A stretch of DNA of 63,561 nucleotides from Epiperipatus broadwayi (lineage: Eukaryota > Animalia > Onychophora). The stretch is from positions 19,592,001 to 19,655,561 of the forward strand of contig JAQFVV010000004.1 in NCBI GenBank assembly GCA_028023455.1, in the 5' to 3' direction. Position numbers and translations under genes: made by a program. Shown piece after piece: positions 10,820 through 24,254 of this stretch. Every line of letters begins with the position of its first letter. The stretch's first letter is position 1. Below the pieces are notes generated by a model, which ran no database searches, was not told where the DNA came from, and saw only the letters and a list, made by a program, of their open reading frames with translations.

Positions 10820-12355
10820 TGATGTGATGTGATGTATTATGGCTTCTCCTTAAATGAAGTCAAGAATATCTCAGCAATTATGCCCAGATAAACCTGTTAG
10901 CCACTTTCTTTTACATTCCCACTCTAAATTTTCCCATATTCTGCTCCATCCCATTTCCACAACATAATCTTTGTCAACTCTATAACTTTTATATCTAAAT
11001 CCCCCTTATCTTTTCCCAAATCCAACATAAAAACCAATAATTCACTTTCTGTATAATCACTTTTTTCATATTTATTCTTCCATAACTTCATTATATGTAC
11101 CCTTTCTGTTTTCAAGCCTTTACATTCAATTAACAGATGCCTAATATTTTCTATTCCTTCCTTACATAATTTACAAAGTAAATCACCCATTTTTTCCCAT
11201 TTACGTGTATATTCTCTTGTAGTTAAAGATCCCGTTCGAGCTTTAAATAATAAACTACTTTCCTTACTATTATCATATATTAACTCACACTTAATACACT
11301 GTTTATTTCTATATATATTTAAACTCTTTTTACTCTCCATACTATTTCTCCATCTCTCTAACTCCCTATTCTTTATTAATAAATCTATTCTTTTATCCCA
11401 TTCCTTACTACTACAACACTCAACAATCCTCTTAACACAATCATCCCATCTTTTGTACAAATATACTGATATAAATTTTTTATCCAAATCTTTTGCATAC
11501 CGCATTACCTTTCTCACCCATCTTGTTACCTGCTTACTCATAACCCAATTAAATACTATTTTGGCTATTCTTTTATTATCCATAAACTGCAATCTACCAA
11601 ACATTTTTATTTTACTTTTTGCATCTCATATATGAAAACTTGACCATCCCATTTCTCCTTGAATTCCTCCCTTGCTGTCCATACTTCTGCATCCAATGCA
11701 TGTCTTCCTACTTCCCTTTGAACTTTTTCTAAATAATTTAATATCTCTTTACTAACATATAATGCATCATTACCATATGTTAACCCTACTACTGCAACTC
11801 CTTTCTATATAATTCTAGCTACATCATATTTATTATATGAATGCACTGTTAATTTCTTTATCAATCCCTTTCTTTTCTTTGCTTCATTTATCAATTTTTT
11901 CTACCATTCATCCAAATAATTTTTCTGATTACTTAAAATAATTACCAAATAACTATATCTATTTACCATGAGCAACAATATAAGTATTTAATCTTGACAG
12001 TTCTTTAGCTATCAGTGCAATCCTCCATTCTGGTCTTGAAGAGTTTATATCAAATAAAGTTTTCACTTTCAGTGTGGATTTTTGAAAAAAATTAGATATA
12101 TAATACTTACCTTTATCACTACCACTTCCGTCTGTTTTACCACTACTACAGTTATTATTATTTATATCATTTAAATACATCTTCTCTTTCCCCAGTATTA
12201 ACCATCATTATATTTGATTTTTCTTCATTAAATTTAATCCCCATCTCTTTACCCACCCTTTCACATGTCCTCTGCATAACTTCCATATCTTTTCTTTTTT
12301 TTCTGCACACAAAAATATATCATCCGCAAAATAATCCGATTAAATTGAATCCATT
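10820..12355 (-). mobile_element. 5'-truncated non-LTR retrotransposon (LINE): RT C-terminal half plus CCHC motif, clade uncertain
   Basis: FADDIFLCAE at ~12302-12331; KGVAVVGLTYGNDA; IQGEMGWSSF..SKSKIKMFGRLQFMD; ORF 10924-11604 with LFKARTGSL and CKLCKEGIENIRHLLIEC; short (ACATC)n tail at ~10820-10836. Interrupted at 11962-12179. Confidence 0.85.
11962..12179 (-). repeat. 218-bp inverted duplicate of 6443-6660 (RTE 5' region) inserted in the second LINE
   Basis: Both ORF-track translations give YLNDINNNNCSSGK(A/T)DGSGSDKGKYYISNFFQKSTLKVKTLFDINSSRPEWRIALIAKELSRLNTYIVAH; only 2 nucleotide differences seen by eye. Confidence 0.95.
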
Positions 12356-14314
12356 TTCACCTACCGTCCATGATCTTCAATGGATAGCAACTGACAGAAT
12401 AAGATTCTGTGGCCATATTAGCTGATTTGACATTCATTTTAATAAATAACATTGCTTATAAGATTTCAAATTTGCATGTGTTTGTTTGTCTGTGTGATGA
12501 AGTGTTCCTTTTTTTTTTTTATGACCTAAACCTGAGTGCTCCAAAGGGGCACTCAGATTTACAATATAAAAAAGAAAGAAATCATTTCATTATGCAAACA
12601 AATAAACTTATGCAAATTTTAATTACAAATACAAAAGAAAAAATCAATATCTTATAAGACTATGTATTACAAGTGAATTGACTTATGTCTGTAACAAGAA
12701 TGTTGTATTAAGATAGCTAGCTAGATGTTTAAGAAAAAAAAAAATCACTTCCAATCTATTTTAAACATATACAAGTCTAATGTATTAAATATTCATTTTT
12801 TGTTTTTGTTTTGTTTAAAGTCAAAAAAATGTAGTCTATGTCACAATGATCTTTATTAATTGCTGCATTTCACAAAGTTTCAATTTAATTTGCCTCTTAC
12901 TGTAAATTAATCGTCATAATAAATAGTTTTTCATTATTTACTGTACATTTAATTACAAATTATTTTAGTTGTAATTTTTTATTTATTAGATAATTCTGCA
13001 ATTAATCATTGGAAACAGTCCAAATTTAATTTGCTTATATAATTCTTGCTTCAATTTATTTTCAAAAGTTGAAACAGAAAATTTGGTATCTTAGATAAGA
13101 TGCAGATTTAATTAGCTGATTTTTTATGAAAGCTATAATTTCTTTAATAAAACTTAATTTAAAAATGTGCATACCCCCCCTCCCTACTGTTTCTATTAAT
13201 TTATTCAATTGTCAAGATTGGTCTTCTATTTGGGAATAATTTCTGTTTGTACACTCGCTTATTATTTAATTAATATATATATATATATATAAACAGTTAA
13301 TAAATAAAATATTAAAAAAAAACAACACATAGTACATTGAAGTCTAAAGTTTATCCATTTAATTCACTGAACAATATAATATATTATAATAAATTAGGAG
13401 CATTGAATTAAGTTATTTAACCACTAGTAATAACACACAGATTAGTATAGAATATAATTTTCAATTGTTTTTTTTTCACTTTTCTTCAATATTGCTGGGC
13501 TGACCAATAGCATAGGAATTGAACTGGTAATCCTTAAATTTGAAAATATTGAGTTATAGTGATATGATAACTAAGTATGCTATCCTATCAAAGATAGTAA
13601 TCAATAAAAATTTTGTATATCTTTTATGAATTGTTTATTTGTAAAGCAAGATTAATGAATGGTTTCCAAACATTAGGGATTATCACAGTAAATTTTTTTT
13701 TTTTTTACTTTTCTTCCTTTCTCAATATTTTTTGTATTTCCCCAAATGAATTTATTTCCATTGATATATGCATGATCTATTAGTCTCCACACATCTGCTT
13801 TTCTTTTTTATCACTGTTTTGTGTAGTTTTTACCATTTTTTAATGAGATGATCAATTTTACCAATATATTTCTTCCAGTAAAAAACAAAAATTGCACCTG
13901 TGAAATTTTATGTAAATATATCAGGATATACATTGGAAAAACTAATCATCCCTTTGAAAAATAATTACAAAAATGCAATACAAAAAGTACAAAGGGAAAG
14001 ACAATATGTCTAAAATAATAGTTTATGTATAAAGCAATGAACATGTGTTTGAGAAAGCATAGGAATATTGGGCAGAAAAAATAAAAAAAACAAAAATATG
14101 GCAAATAATTCCATATGTTAGCCTTTGTGATAATCCATAATGTTGACAAATCATTCATCAAACTTTAAAAAAAAAGAGAGAAAGAAACAAAACATCCCTC
14201 ATAGAATAGTAATATATAAAATTTTTACTGACTGTTGTTCTTTGACAGAAAAGCCTAATTAGTTAGAATGACATTTTAAATTCATGAATCTAAAGATTAG
14301 TGTTTCAATTTTTG

Positions 14315-14340
14315 TGCTGATCTCATTTTTGAGATCAGCA
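14315..14340. repeat. Perfect 11-bp hairpin
   Basis: TGCTGATCTCA-TTTT-TGAGATCAGCA. Confidence 0.8.
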
Positions 14341-15825
14341 TTATCTGAAGTGATGAAGGAAAAGCATTCAAACATATTCAGTTCTAATCAGTGTATTATT
14401 ACTAATGAAGGAATGTATGTCAAAAGATATTAATAAATGCTAAACATTTCTATAAACATTTAATAAAACAATAGGTACTGGAATATGAAGCAATAGATCA
14501 ATCTATTTTAGAATTGTGTATAATGAACCTATTTTGTTAATTGAAGATTTACATTAATAATAACAAATTATTTATTTGTAATCTTTTAAATAGAAAAATC
14601 TGTTTGCTTGTTTGTTAATTTTTGATCTTTTTAAAGTTAGAATGTAATTTTAAAATTGAGGTTTAATCTATTTAAGTTCAATAGAATTGCTTAAAAATTG
14701 ATATATAACTAAGTTATACCATTCTAATCCATTTTAAACACATATTTTCAGTATGCTTACTAGTTTGATAGATATAGAATAGAGGACAGAGAAAATATGA
14801 AAAACATTCAATAATTTCATGTATCACCATTAACAATTATTGTTAAAACATTCTTTTGTTTTAAATAATAATCATGAGAGGGCATTATTTTTTTTCATTT
14901 AATAGCATTTTAATTTACTTAGAGTAATTACTTACAGAAATAAAGAGCAGTTTTAAGCAATACATGCAAGGAATGTATATATTTTGTTTGGTAGTTTATT
15001 TCAATTTAATGATATGATTAAAACTCTAATTAAAATTTAAAATAAATATTTACTGTATTTAATAAAAACATAATTTACAAGCACAGTTTTCATTAATAAT
15101 CAGCTGGATATGCAATTTGAAAAAAAGTTAGATATAAATATTAGTTAGAAATAAAGAATTGTTGATGGATGAAATTTCACACATTTTGACATCAAATTTT
15201 TTGGAGCTTAGGAGTAAATATAAATGAAACAATTTTTTTCACTTTACAAAGGCAAAAGGGCATTTGCAATGGACAGTAAGTAAATAAATATGTCATTTAA
15301 AGTAGGTTTTCAGCAATCCTTTGAATAAAGAAAAAATTTTAAATGCTGCATTCTTAAACATACCAAATCCTAATGTGTGCAAATCCCTCTCTATTCTGTA
15401 ACATTATCAAACATTTTTTTTGGAACTTCTGAATGAAAACAAATCAATAAAAACTTTCACTTTACAGAGGCAAAAAGGCAGTTGGACTGATCAGTAAATA
15501 ATGAAGACCTCATTTAAATTGGAAAAAAATATTCAATTATTATTTATATACCATAAATGATGCATTTGTATAAATAGTTACTTGCAATAGCTATGACATT
15601 AAATAAGAAATAAATTCTTAAAAATGCAAAAATAAGTTACAGATTTCAGACATTCTATATCACAGATTTTCTTCTATTTTGACATTTATCTATATAAATT
15701 CAGTGCAATGCAAAAGAAAAATACCACAAAAAAATATGATTATTAAGAATTATTAATATACTTTCATTAAGTGATTTGTGTCAAAGATGTGAGCACAGCC
15801 CATTTGACATCAAATTAATCTATAG

Positions 15826-16276
<451 letters not shown>

Positions 16277-16284
16277 ACCCACTG

Positions 16285-16410
16285 AACAATGATAAAGATA
16301 TATGCAAGAGATTGTGGTCTGTGTTAACTGATAAATGCTGATTCAACATGAAATGTGCATCTTGGGGATCAATACATTTTGTTCACATGTCTTTGTGGTC
16401 ATATGTTGAT
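16285..16410 (+). mobile_element. Family R fragment with degenerate hammerhead (16324-16365)
   Basis: TTAA-CTGATAA-ATGCTG att CAACAT-GAAA-TGTGCA-TC-TTGG followed by ggatc..gtggtcatatg; abuts the (TATC)n run. Confidence 0.7.
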
Positions 16411-17757
16411 GCTTATACCCTTCCACAAGATGTTAAAAGTGGATAGAAACCCATTCCAACTTTTCTTGAGAGTGGTGTAGTGGAAGTTGCACTACAGAAA
16501 TATTATTCATTATTGAATAATTTCTAGTCTAATAAATGACTAATAAAAATTATTAAAGTAAATGACTGTTTGAAAAGAATGTAGAAATACCAGGAAATAA
16601 AAGCCTGTTGACAAAGAAAAAAATCATAATAGACTACAAAAGAAACATTTATACATTGGGTCTCGTTTTATGTGGATTATTTTAATGCAATTTTGAAGTT
16701 ATGCGATTCATGTTTGTTCTTAATATCTTTCATATTTCACTATATTTATTAGATATCAAGAAATTTAAATTATTAATAACTTATTTTGTCTTGATATTTG
16801 AGTGCCATATAAGCTTTATATGAATAGTGTATTATTTATTTTATGTTTTATTTAATATGTTAAATACTTTATTAGTGTAATAAATATATCAGATATGACC
16901 ATATAAATGCAGTAGAAAACTCTGGTAGTATAGGTTACATTTGATATTTAAATGTAAGATGTGACAGATAAGCAAGAGTGAAAACATTTTAAATCTTCTG
17001 TGTTGGAGGGAGAAATTGCATTCTTAACAATTATTTTCAATTTTGAGATATAAATATTAAGTTACATTTCATATGTGCTTTTAAAAGGACCAATGTCTAA
17101 GAATTAAATTGATAATTTTGGGACATTTTATCTAATTATGCATTTAAAGTAAAGGTGTGATAAAAACTTGGCAATCAGTCTCCTCCAACATGTATGTTGG
17201 ATGACCAAACATATCATGATTCTGTACACCAAATGTAGTTATATTCAATTTACCACATGCACATCCAAAGAACTGAAAACATTTAGTTTTAGTATTTGCT
17301 ATTGTGCAGTGATTATTACAATTATATGTTTACATGAAAAAAACTTATATGGTATTATTCTTTATCATCTTAATACAACCCAAGTTTAGGTCCTGCTATC
17401 ACACTGCTGATTCATCTAATGTTACACTTATATATTCATTATCTTTGCAATTTGAACCTAGGCAATTAAAGATAGAAATTGTACATAAAATTCCTTATAC
17501 ATATATTTATCTACATTAATGAATAAATTTCAAATCCCTGAGAAATTGTTTTTTTATATGTATTGTTTATTTTATTTGGGAAATCTGGAGTGAGTGCATT
17601 TGCATGGGTTAGGATCTTATAAAAGCTCAACCATACATGAATTTGTTTTAAATACATGTCAATGTAATTAAAAATCACACTTTTTAGCTTTCCTTATTCT
17701 GATTTCCATTTTAACACAGTTAACCTCTTACTTACCACATATTTTCCAAGCCAAAAT

Positions 17758-17833
17758 CAAATATTAGAGCCTACAATATATATATTGTAACTTTTCAAAT
17801 ATTAGAGCCTACAATATATATATTGTAACTTTT
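17758..17833. repeat. Perfect 2 x 38-bp tandem duplication containing an 18-bp palindrome
   Basis: caaatattagagccTACAATATATATATTGTAactttt repeated twice. Confidence 0.9.
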
Positions 17834-20800
17834 ACCTTTACTAGTAAGGCTAAATTTCCAGTCATCTAATTGTTTAATTATAAAAAAATTCAATAAGTTA
17901 ATTTATCATGCAAGCCAATTTATCAGGGCTTAATATTTCTATGTTAATTTATCATTTAAGTCATTTTAATGAACTTTTACATGTCTTAGTTGTATTAAAA
18001 ATCATTTTTATATATTTATTATAGTGCTTTAAACCCATCTATAATTTTAAAAGATTTTAAATGGCTTAAGTTAGGAGTATTTTTACCCTGTATAATAATA
18101 AATTAATGTTAAGAACTAAAACTATTTTAATAGGGACCCTAATATATTAAAAATGAATTTTAAAATTAAGCTTTAATAACTAAGTTTAAATCTTTAATTC
18201 TAAGAATTAGTATTTAATTTACTTGATTATATAAAGATATTTTTAGTGCTAATTATAATAAAGATTAAGTCAGTTAAATAAGTTTTAAAATAGTTAATTA
18301 AAAAAAGATAAAAAATTAATATATTATTATTAAAAGCTATTGATTTTAAATAAAAGAAAGCATTAGTCAATGTGTGTGAGTGTGCTTAAGTGTAAATTTT
18401 ATCTTTCACTTTCTTGTTTGCAATCTTAAAAAAAGTTATTCCTAAATATATTTATTTAAAAGTCTTTAAAAGGTATTCTGGAGAACTTTACATTTATTAA
18501 ATAGTGTGTATCGTTAGAAAGAATAATGTACATTAATGTTTTATTAAAAAATGATGTAATTTATGATATAATATTTTATTTTATTTTTATTGTAATAATT
18601 TTGTAATTTTATAAAATATTATCTTAAATGTAATATTTTAATTAAACAATCTAGACAATTATATAAATGAGTTTATTTTAAACTTTGTTTCTCAGGAGAT
18701 TAATTAATTTCTGAACTGTAATGGATTGAGTCAAGTAGGAAGTGATTTAAATGTTAGTTTTAAATCCAAAATCAGATATGATAAGGAGTATAAAAGGTAA
18801 AGATCTGCACATGTTTGCTTACTACATTTTTTAGTGCTTGCTTATTTTTTACTTCTTACTTTAATGATTTTACTAAGAGATTGCTTATAATAAATTTTTA
18901 TTTTACTTAAAGTTAAACATGCATTGCTAATTTGATTTTTATCCAGGTGCTAAAATTCTAAGCTAAAGTTTACTAAGAAGTCTGAAATCTGCTTTGTCTT
19001 TAAACATGATGGAAAGTTTAATTTTTTCAACAATAGTTAAATTATTTTTATGCAAAATTAGTACTTCAAGGGAATTTTCTATGGCTCACCATGCTTATGT
19101 AAGAACTTTTATTGATTCTTATTTCTTTATTTGCAATAAATGGTATTAATCAGTTCAACATTCTTTATACAATAATATTAAGATTGTTAAAGACTTTGTG
19201 TTCTTTTGGTATTTTCTAATAGTTCTTAATAGTTTTAAAATGCATTAGCTTAAGTATTAGAAGATGTTGAAAAAAATAAGAAGTTTGTTAAAAGACTTTA
19301 AAATGTTTATTTTTCACTCTCATATCTTTAAATAATGGTTTTCTTTAGAATAATTCATCTTTCCATGAATAGACTATTTGAATTCCAGATGGCAGAACCT
19401 ATTTATCGAAAAATGAAATTTACTAAATTAGTCATTTGAAATTTGAAATGACATTTTAATTATTTATTCTTAGCAGCAGAATAAAAACATTCACTTGTGA
19501 AAATTTTTGTCTTATATTTATTTCAGATTAGAGATAGAAAAATATTTTCTAAGTCTGAGAAATTAAAATTATTGATTAATTTTTTATCTGAAAATTATTA
19601 CCTGACCATTTACTTTAAAATTAATATTCCATAATAGTAATGGAATATTCATTTAAAATTTATTGCTTAACTATGGTCTGTACTAAATAACTGGGACCAT
19701 CACATACTTTGTAAAAAAAACATAAAATGTTCTTTAGTGAAGTATTATTCAAATTTATAATGCAATTGAATTTATTACAAGTCTGCTCTGTATATCTCAT
19801 CATTATTGTTATCATTAGTATAATTAATAGTGTTCAAAAAATCTGCTCTCCAATTGAAACCTGTATTATATCCAAAGAATATCTATGCTCCTGTATATTT
19901 ACCAAGAAATGGATGAAAAATTAATATAATATTATACAAGAGATTACCAGCACTCTATGTAAATATTTTTTGCAAAAAACTGAGTGGCCATTAATTGTAA
20001 CGTGTGCTCGTGTTCATTAGTAAATCTGTTGTTTATAGGAAATATATTGAATGCTGTACATATAATTTTAAATTTGCTGCATTTTTCAACAAAATGATAA
20101 TTTTTTGTGTTTGCAGAATAGTAATTGCAGAGACAGTATCCTGATGAATGGTAGAACCTCCAGGAGAAAAAACTTTTAATTATGTATTTTGGTAAACTGG
20201 GTATAATTATAAAATTTAGTTTTATGTTATTGCAATTTACCATGTATTTTATTTTATTTACCTTATACATTTTTGTCTGATATATTTTTATGTATTATTT
20301 GTAAATATGTAATAAAGTGTTATTTTACAATACTATATGATTTTAAAGTGTTATTTGTCCTTTGTCATGAGTAATTAATTTATTTATTTGACTATATGAG
20401 TTTATGCAGAACCAGTGAAGATAGTAAATGTATTTCATTATTGATTGTAGAAAAGCACTCAACTAAACAAAAATAATTGTATTTTTTCATTTTTGTGATT
20501 ATATATCTCTTTTTATATATATATTTATAAATATTTTAATATCTATTGTAAATAATGCTTATAATTTAAAAACAAAAAACAAATTTGAAATGATATTCAT
20601 ATAAAAAAAATACTTTTTTGGGGAACTGTATTAAATACCACTTGTAGTCTGTATCTTTGTAAAATTCATTATAGTTATTATAAGTTAATATTATTTACAG
20701 TCTTAAAACTGATAAAATTACATCAATAGTAATGATAAATATTTAATGAAAACTGGGAAAAAATTAAGTTTGTGGGGTAAAACATATGAACAAAAATACT

Positions 20801-20976
20801 GTTCTGGTAAACAATAACATATTATGTTAAAAAGTTTTAAAATTATTTAAAGATTTTAGTAGAAAGAATGTTTTTATAAACAATAATGTATTGCTTCAAA
20901 AAGCATTAAATATAACTAAATATTTTAATAAAGATGTAGTGGAAAAAATAATATCAAGTCATTTATGTGTTGCTAA

Positions 20977-21048
20977 GCATTGGTGACCTAGTAGTTAGCA
21001 TAGCTACCTTCCAAGCAACTGGCCTGGGTTCACTTCCCGGTTAACGCA
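20977..21048 (+). pseudogene. tRNA-Gly(TCC)-derived pseudogene / SINE head, followed by TGACATATGA-A(n)
   Basis: GCATTGGTGACCTAGTAGTTAGCATAGCTACCTTCCAAGCAACTGGCCTGGGTTCACTTCCCGGTTAACGCA is collinear with the conserved metazoan tRNA-Gly-TCC. Acceptor and anticodon stems are mismatched and the B box is altered (GGTTCACT). Confidence 0.85.
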
Positions 21049-21540
21049 TTTGACATATGAAAAAAAAAGTCATTTGCTGTAAGATTGAATTTTAAAAAAG
21101 TCACAGACATTTTATTTTATGCATTTCATCATTATCAATTTTCATCCAATGAAAAAGGATAGTTCTGTTTTTGAGAGAGAGAATGAGAGAAAGAGTGATA
21201 AAAGGAACAACACATTCTCATACATATTTCCTTATAATTACATGCTCTTCTTTATAATGTATAACTTCACTATCTTTTTCATAACTGCTTTATTCTATTT
21301 TTTGTTGATTATATATGTAGATTTCTTAATTAAAATGCATACTTATTTTATTGAATTGTATCCTAAGTCTACATATGTTAAAAACGTCTGTATATGTGCT
21401 AAACTTATGTATTATATAGGGTGTGATAGTATCTATATATGAAGGCTTGCAATCAATTATGGTAGACCCATTAAAATTCCGTTTTTTGGAAGAGGGGGGG
21501 GGAGGTATATTTAAATTGAACTAAATAAAAAAGAAAGTTT

Positions 21541-21649
21541 TTTTTTCTTTCATACGTCATGGCGTCGGCCGGGACGCGAACCCACAACCGTCTGCAACCA
21601 AGTACTTGCTTGCATGGCGACTGCGATACCTCTCGGCTAACAACGCAAG
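21541..21649 (-). mobile_element. tRNA-derived SINE-like insertion with ~21-bp TSD
   Basis: Minus strand: GCGTTGTTAGCCGAGAGG (A box)...GGGTTCGCGTCCC (B box) GGCCGACGCCA-TGACGTATGA-A-rich tail. TSD ctaaa(a)taaaaaagaaagttt at ~21520-21540 and ~21650-21671. CpG-rich. Confidence 0.85.
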
Positions 21650-22089
21650 ACTAAAATAAAAAAGAAAGTTTGAAACCGCAAAAGGCTCATATTACATTTT
21701 TTTCAGATTAATATATGTACTGAAGAAAAAAATATATAGTCCATTCCTGAATAATTTATGTAATTCTTAGAGATGTTGTTAGTCAGGTTATATTCTAAAT
21801 TATGTGTTAAATTATTTTTTATTATTAATGAATTAAAAATGAGTAGCATATAAAAAAAAAGGAGTAATATATTTAAATTATTAAAGAGTATTGTTTTTAG
21901 TCTGTTTTTTAAAAAGTATTAAACAGCAATTGCTGTAAAAATTCAAATTATTTTTTTACCTAAAAGATTCGCCTCTGCGTTGCATATTTGCATACACCTG
22001 TTAAATGTATTAAATAGAAAGTATATATTTATATCGTGTAGGTATTTATGAATATATGTATGCGGGGCAGTAACAGACTCAAAAACAAA

Positions 22090-23470
22090 GAAAAAAGTTT
22101 ACAATGAAAAAGTTAATGAAGAGAATTGTATTCTGTCTATTACTTTGGCTGGAATGCCATTTAATCTTTAAAGAAAAGATTTATGATAAATAAATTCACA
22201 AGAAGCCTTTAATTAATATCAAATTCTGAAATTCGCAGATTTTAACACATTCTATATAATGCTTTTAATGTACATATATATAATAAAAATGTTTTTAAAC
22301 TACATATATGCAGTATATAGTAAAATTGTTTTTAAACTACACATATATCTATGACACATATAAAAGCACACTCATGTGCGTGATTAGCATATATGCTGGC
22401 TGTGTATTTGTGCATCTATAAATATAGTTTGAAAATTTACTATAAATTTCTTTTTTCAGTTCATTTTTAAATCTAGAATAACGTGAAAAATGTGTGGTGG
22501 TCTAAGCTCACACTTTTACATATATATATATATAATGTGTTCTAGATACTGATATTACTAAAGTAGTGTTTTAATATTTGCGCTATATAGTGAATATATA
22601 TGAAGAAACAGCAGGATCTGTATAAGATTTGTTACTGAATTGGTGGTCTATGCAGAAAAATTATGCAACTGAACCAAAACTCATTAGACACACAAAACAG
22701 TATATGACTGAGTTATTAACTTCCAATTCCAAAGCAGTAAAATATTTACAGTAATGAAGAAACGGAGCAATATTATAGCAATCAGGGAATTTATGTGCTT
22801 ACCATAATGTATATTATACTCATCTCTTTCATGCAGCATAAAAGTATGGTGAAATTTAATGGTATTCTGTACATGAATAATGAACCAATGCTTTGCTTCT
22901 TGTGTATTTACTTACAGAAGCATTTCTATGATAGTTTTTCAGGAATATCCAATAATGCCCATAGCATAATTAATAATGACAGATTGGAAGTTTGAACTGG
23001 CTGAGAAAATATTTTATGCTGCTGACTTACTAACATAAGTTTAAACATTTCGGTTATGACTTTTTGAATCACCAGCTGATAAATAATGCCATAGCATACA
23101 AGAACACCTGATAGTGTAGAGATTTGCTGTTCACAGATAATTTTAGAATCAGCATCATATTTCCAGCTAAAACTAAAAAATCCCGATTCCTTAGACAAAA
23201 TTTGGACTCATTGCTGAGCTCAAGTTGCTTCAATATTTTATCTCAAGCTTAGAATACAATGCAGTCATATTTAATTGGAGCTCAGGATCTTTGCAATCAT
23301 TAATTCAATATTTGTTTTGTTATTGAATTTTTCTCTAATAGTGTCTTGTAGCTTTCTGCCTTAGATAAGATTTGACATTTTTGCAATTTTTACAGCAATA
23401 TTTTTCCCATGGATCTTTAATATGGAATAAATGCAGATTGAATATTCATAGGTGAAAGTTCATTTTGAAA
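22090..23470 (+). pseudogene. Possible highly decayed hAT-type DNA transposase
   Basis: Weak motifs only: TLAGMPFNLLKKRF (cf. LPF..VE...F), NGAIL*QSGNLCAYH (cf. DNG..C.AH), QYFSHGSLIWNKCRL (cf. ER.FS.AG.I...R..L). Order is consistent but heavily interrupted. Confidence 0.3.
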
Positions 23471-23703
23471 TTATGATTTAAATATACTCTAAGTCTAAGA
23501 CATGATTATAAATTATTTGTTTAAATTTACTTTGAATAATTATTTTAATAACTGAAACACAGGCTTATTATATATACACCTGTGTCTATATATGTAATAT
23601 ATAGGGTATATGAGCACAGACTTTCACACAACCCACCACTCTCCAGTCTATCTAATAACACTGATACACTCAAGCACATATATGCTGAAAAGATAAATAA
23701 TCA

Positions 23704-23745
23704 CCAATATACGTATTTCATGCTAAACCAGCAATCACCAGTTGG
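23704..23745 (-). ncRNA. Family R hammerhead (core CTGGTGA, A6 mutated)
   Basis: CCAA-CTGGTGA-TTGCTG gtt TAGCAT-GAAA-TACGTA-TA-TTGG; stem III is the perfect palindrome ATACGTAT. Confidence 0.7.
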
Positions 23746-24212
23746 TCCAGATTATCATCTCCCACACATATATACTATAAGTGCTCAGATATATATTAAG
23801 ATAGACATCTTCATACTTTAATGGACAGGCTCCAATCCACTACACACTCCAACTCTTCAACCGTCCATCCAATTAAAAATCTGATGATGGAATGCTCGAA
23901 AACCACCCTGAGGCCGAGATTCTTGTCACACCCATGTTGGAGAGATGTCTGCCCATCCTTGCATATGTATTTAATGGATTATGTTCTGTACATGTGTGGT
24001 TCATATTGACCTTAGGTCAACATGGGTGTGACAAGAATCTCGGCCTCAGGGTGGCCTTTGAGCATTCCATCATCAGATTTTCAACTGGATGGACGGTTGA
24101 AGAGTTGAAGTGTGTAGTGGATTGGAGCCTGTCCATTAAAGTATGAAGATTGTCTATCTTAATATATATCTGAGCACTTATAGTATATATGTGTGGGAGA
24201 TGGTAATCTGGA

Positions 24213-24254
24213 CCAACTGATAATTGCTGGTTTAGCATGAAATACGTGTATTGG
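24213..24254 (+). ncRNA. Family R hammerhead (core CTGATAA, G8 mutated)
   Basis: CCAA-CTGATAA-TTGCTG gtt TAGCAT-GAAA-TACGTG-TA-TTGG. Confidence 0.7.

Noticed and set aside
15130-15530. Duplicated ttcactttaca(a/g)aggcaaaa(g/a)ggca motif with Tc1-like H..WT words, and a Tc1-like 5' end at ~42270-42520
   Set aside because: Motifs are too short and decayed to support a transposase call by eye.
20141-20175. CTGATGA words at 20141, 48813, 59544 and 36617 (minus) as extra hammerheads
   Set aside because: No properly placed GAAA and/or no stem I or III complementarity.
20101-20180. Possible exon after ttttttgtgtttgcag (NSNCRDSILMNGRTSRRKNF*), and ORF 19944-20270
   Set aside because: No recognisable protein, no convincing donor site, and no partner exons found.
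20977-21048. Functional tRNA-Gly(TCC) gene
   Set aside because: Mismatches in the acceptor and anticodon stems, altered B box and a retro-type tail; called a pseudogene instead.
23582-24238. Recurrent short ORFs (MSIY..HNPPLS..; also 28489-28851 and 34456-34785) suggesting a small protein family
   Set aside because: They are chance frames in family R copies, mostly antisense to the ribozyme. Frames are not conserved between subfamilies and no domain is recognisable.
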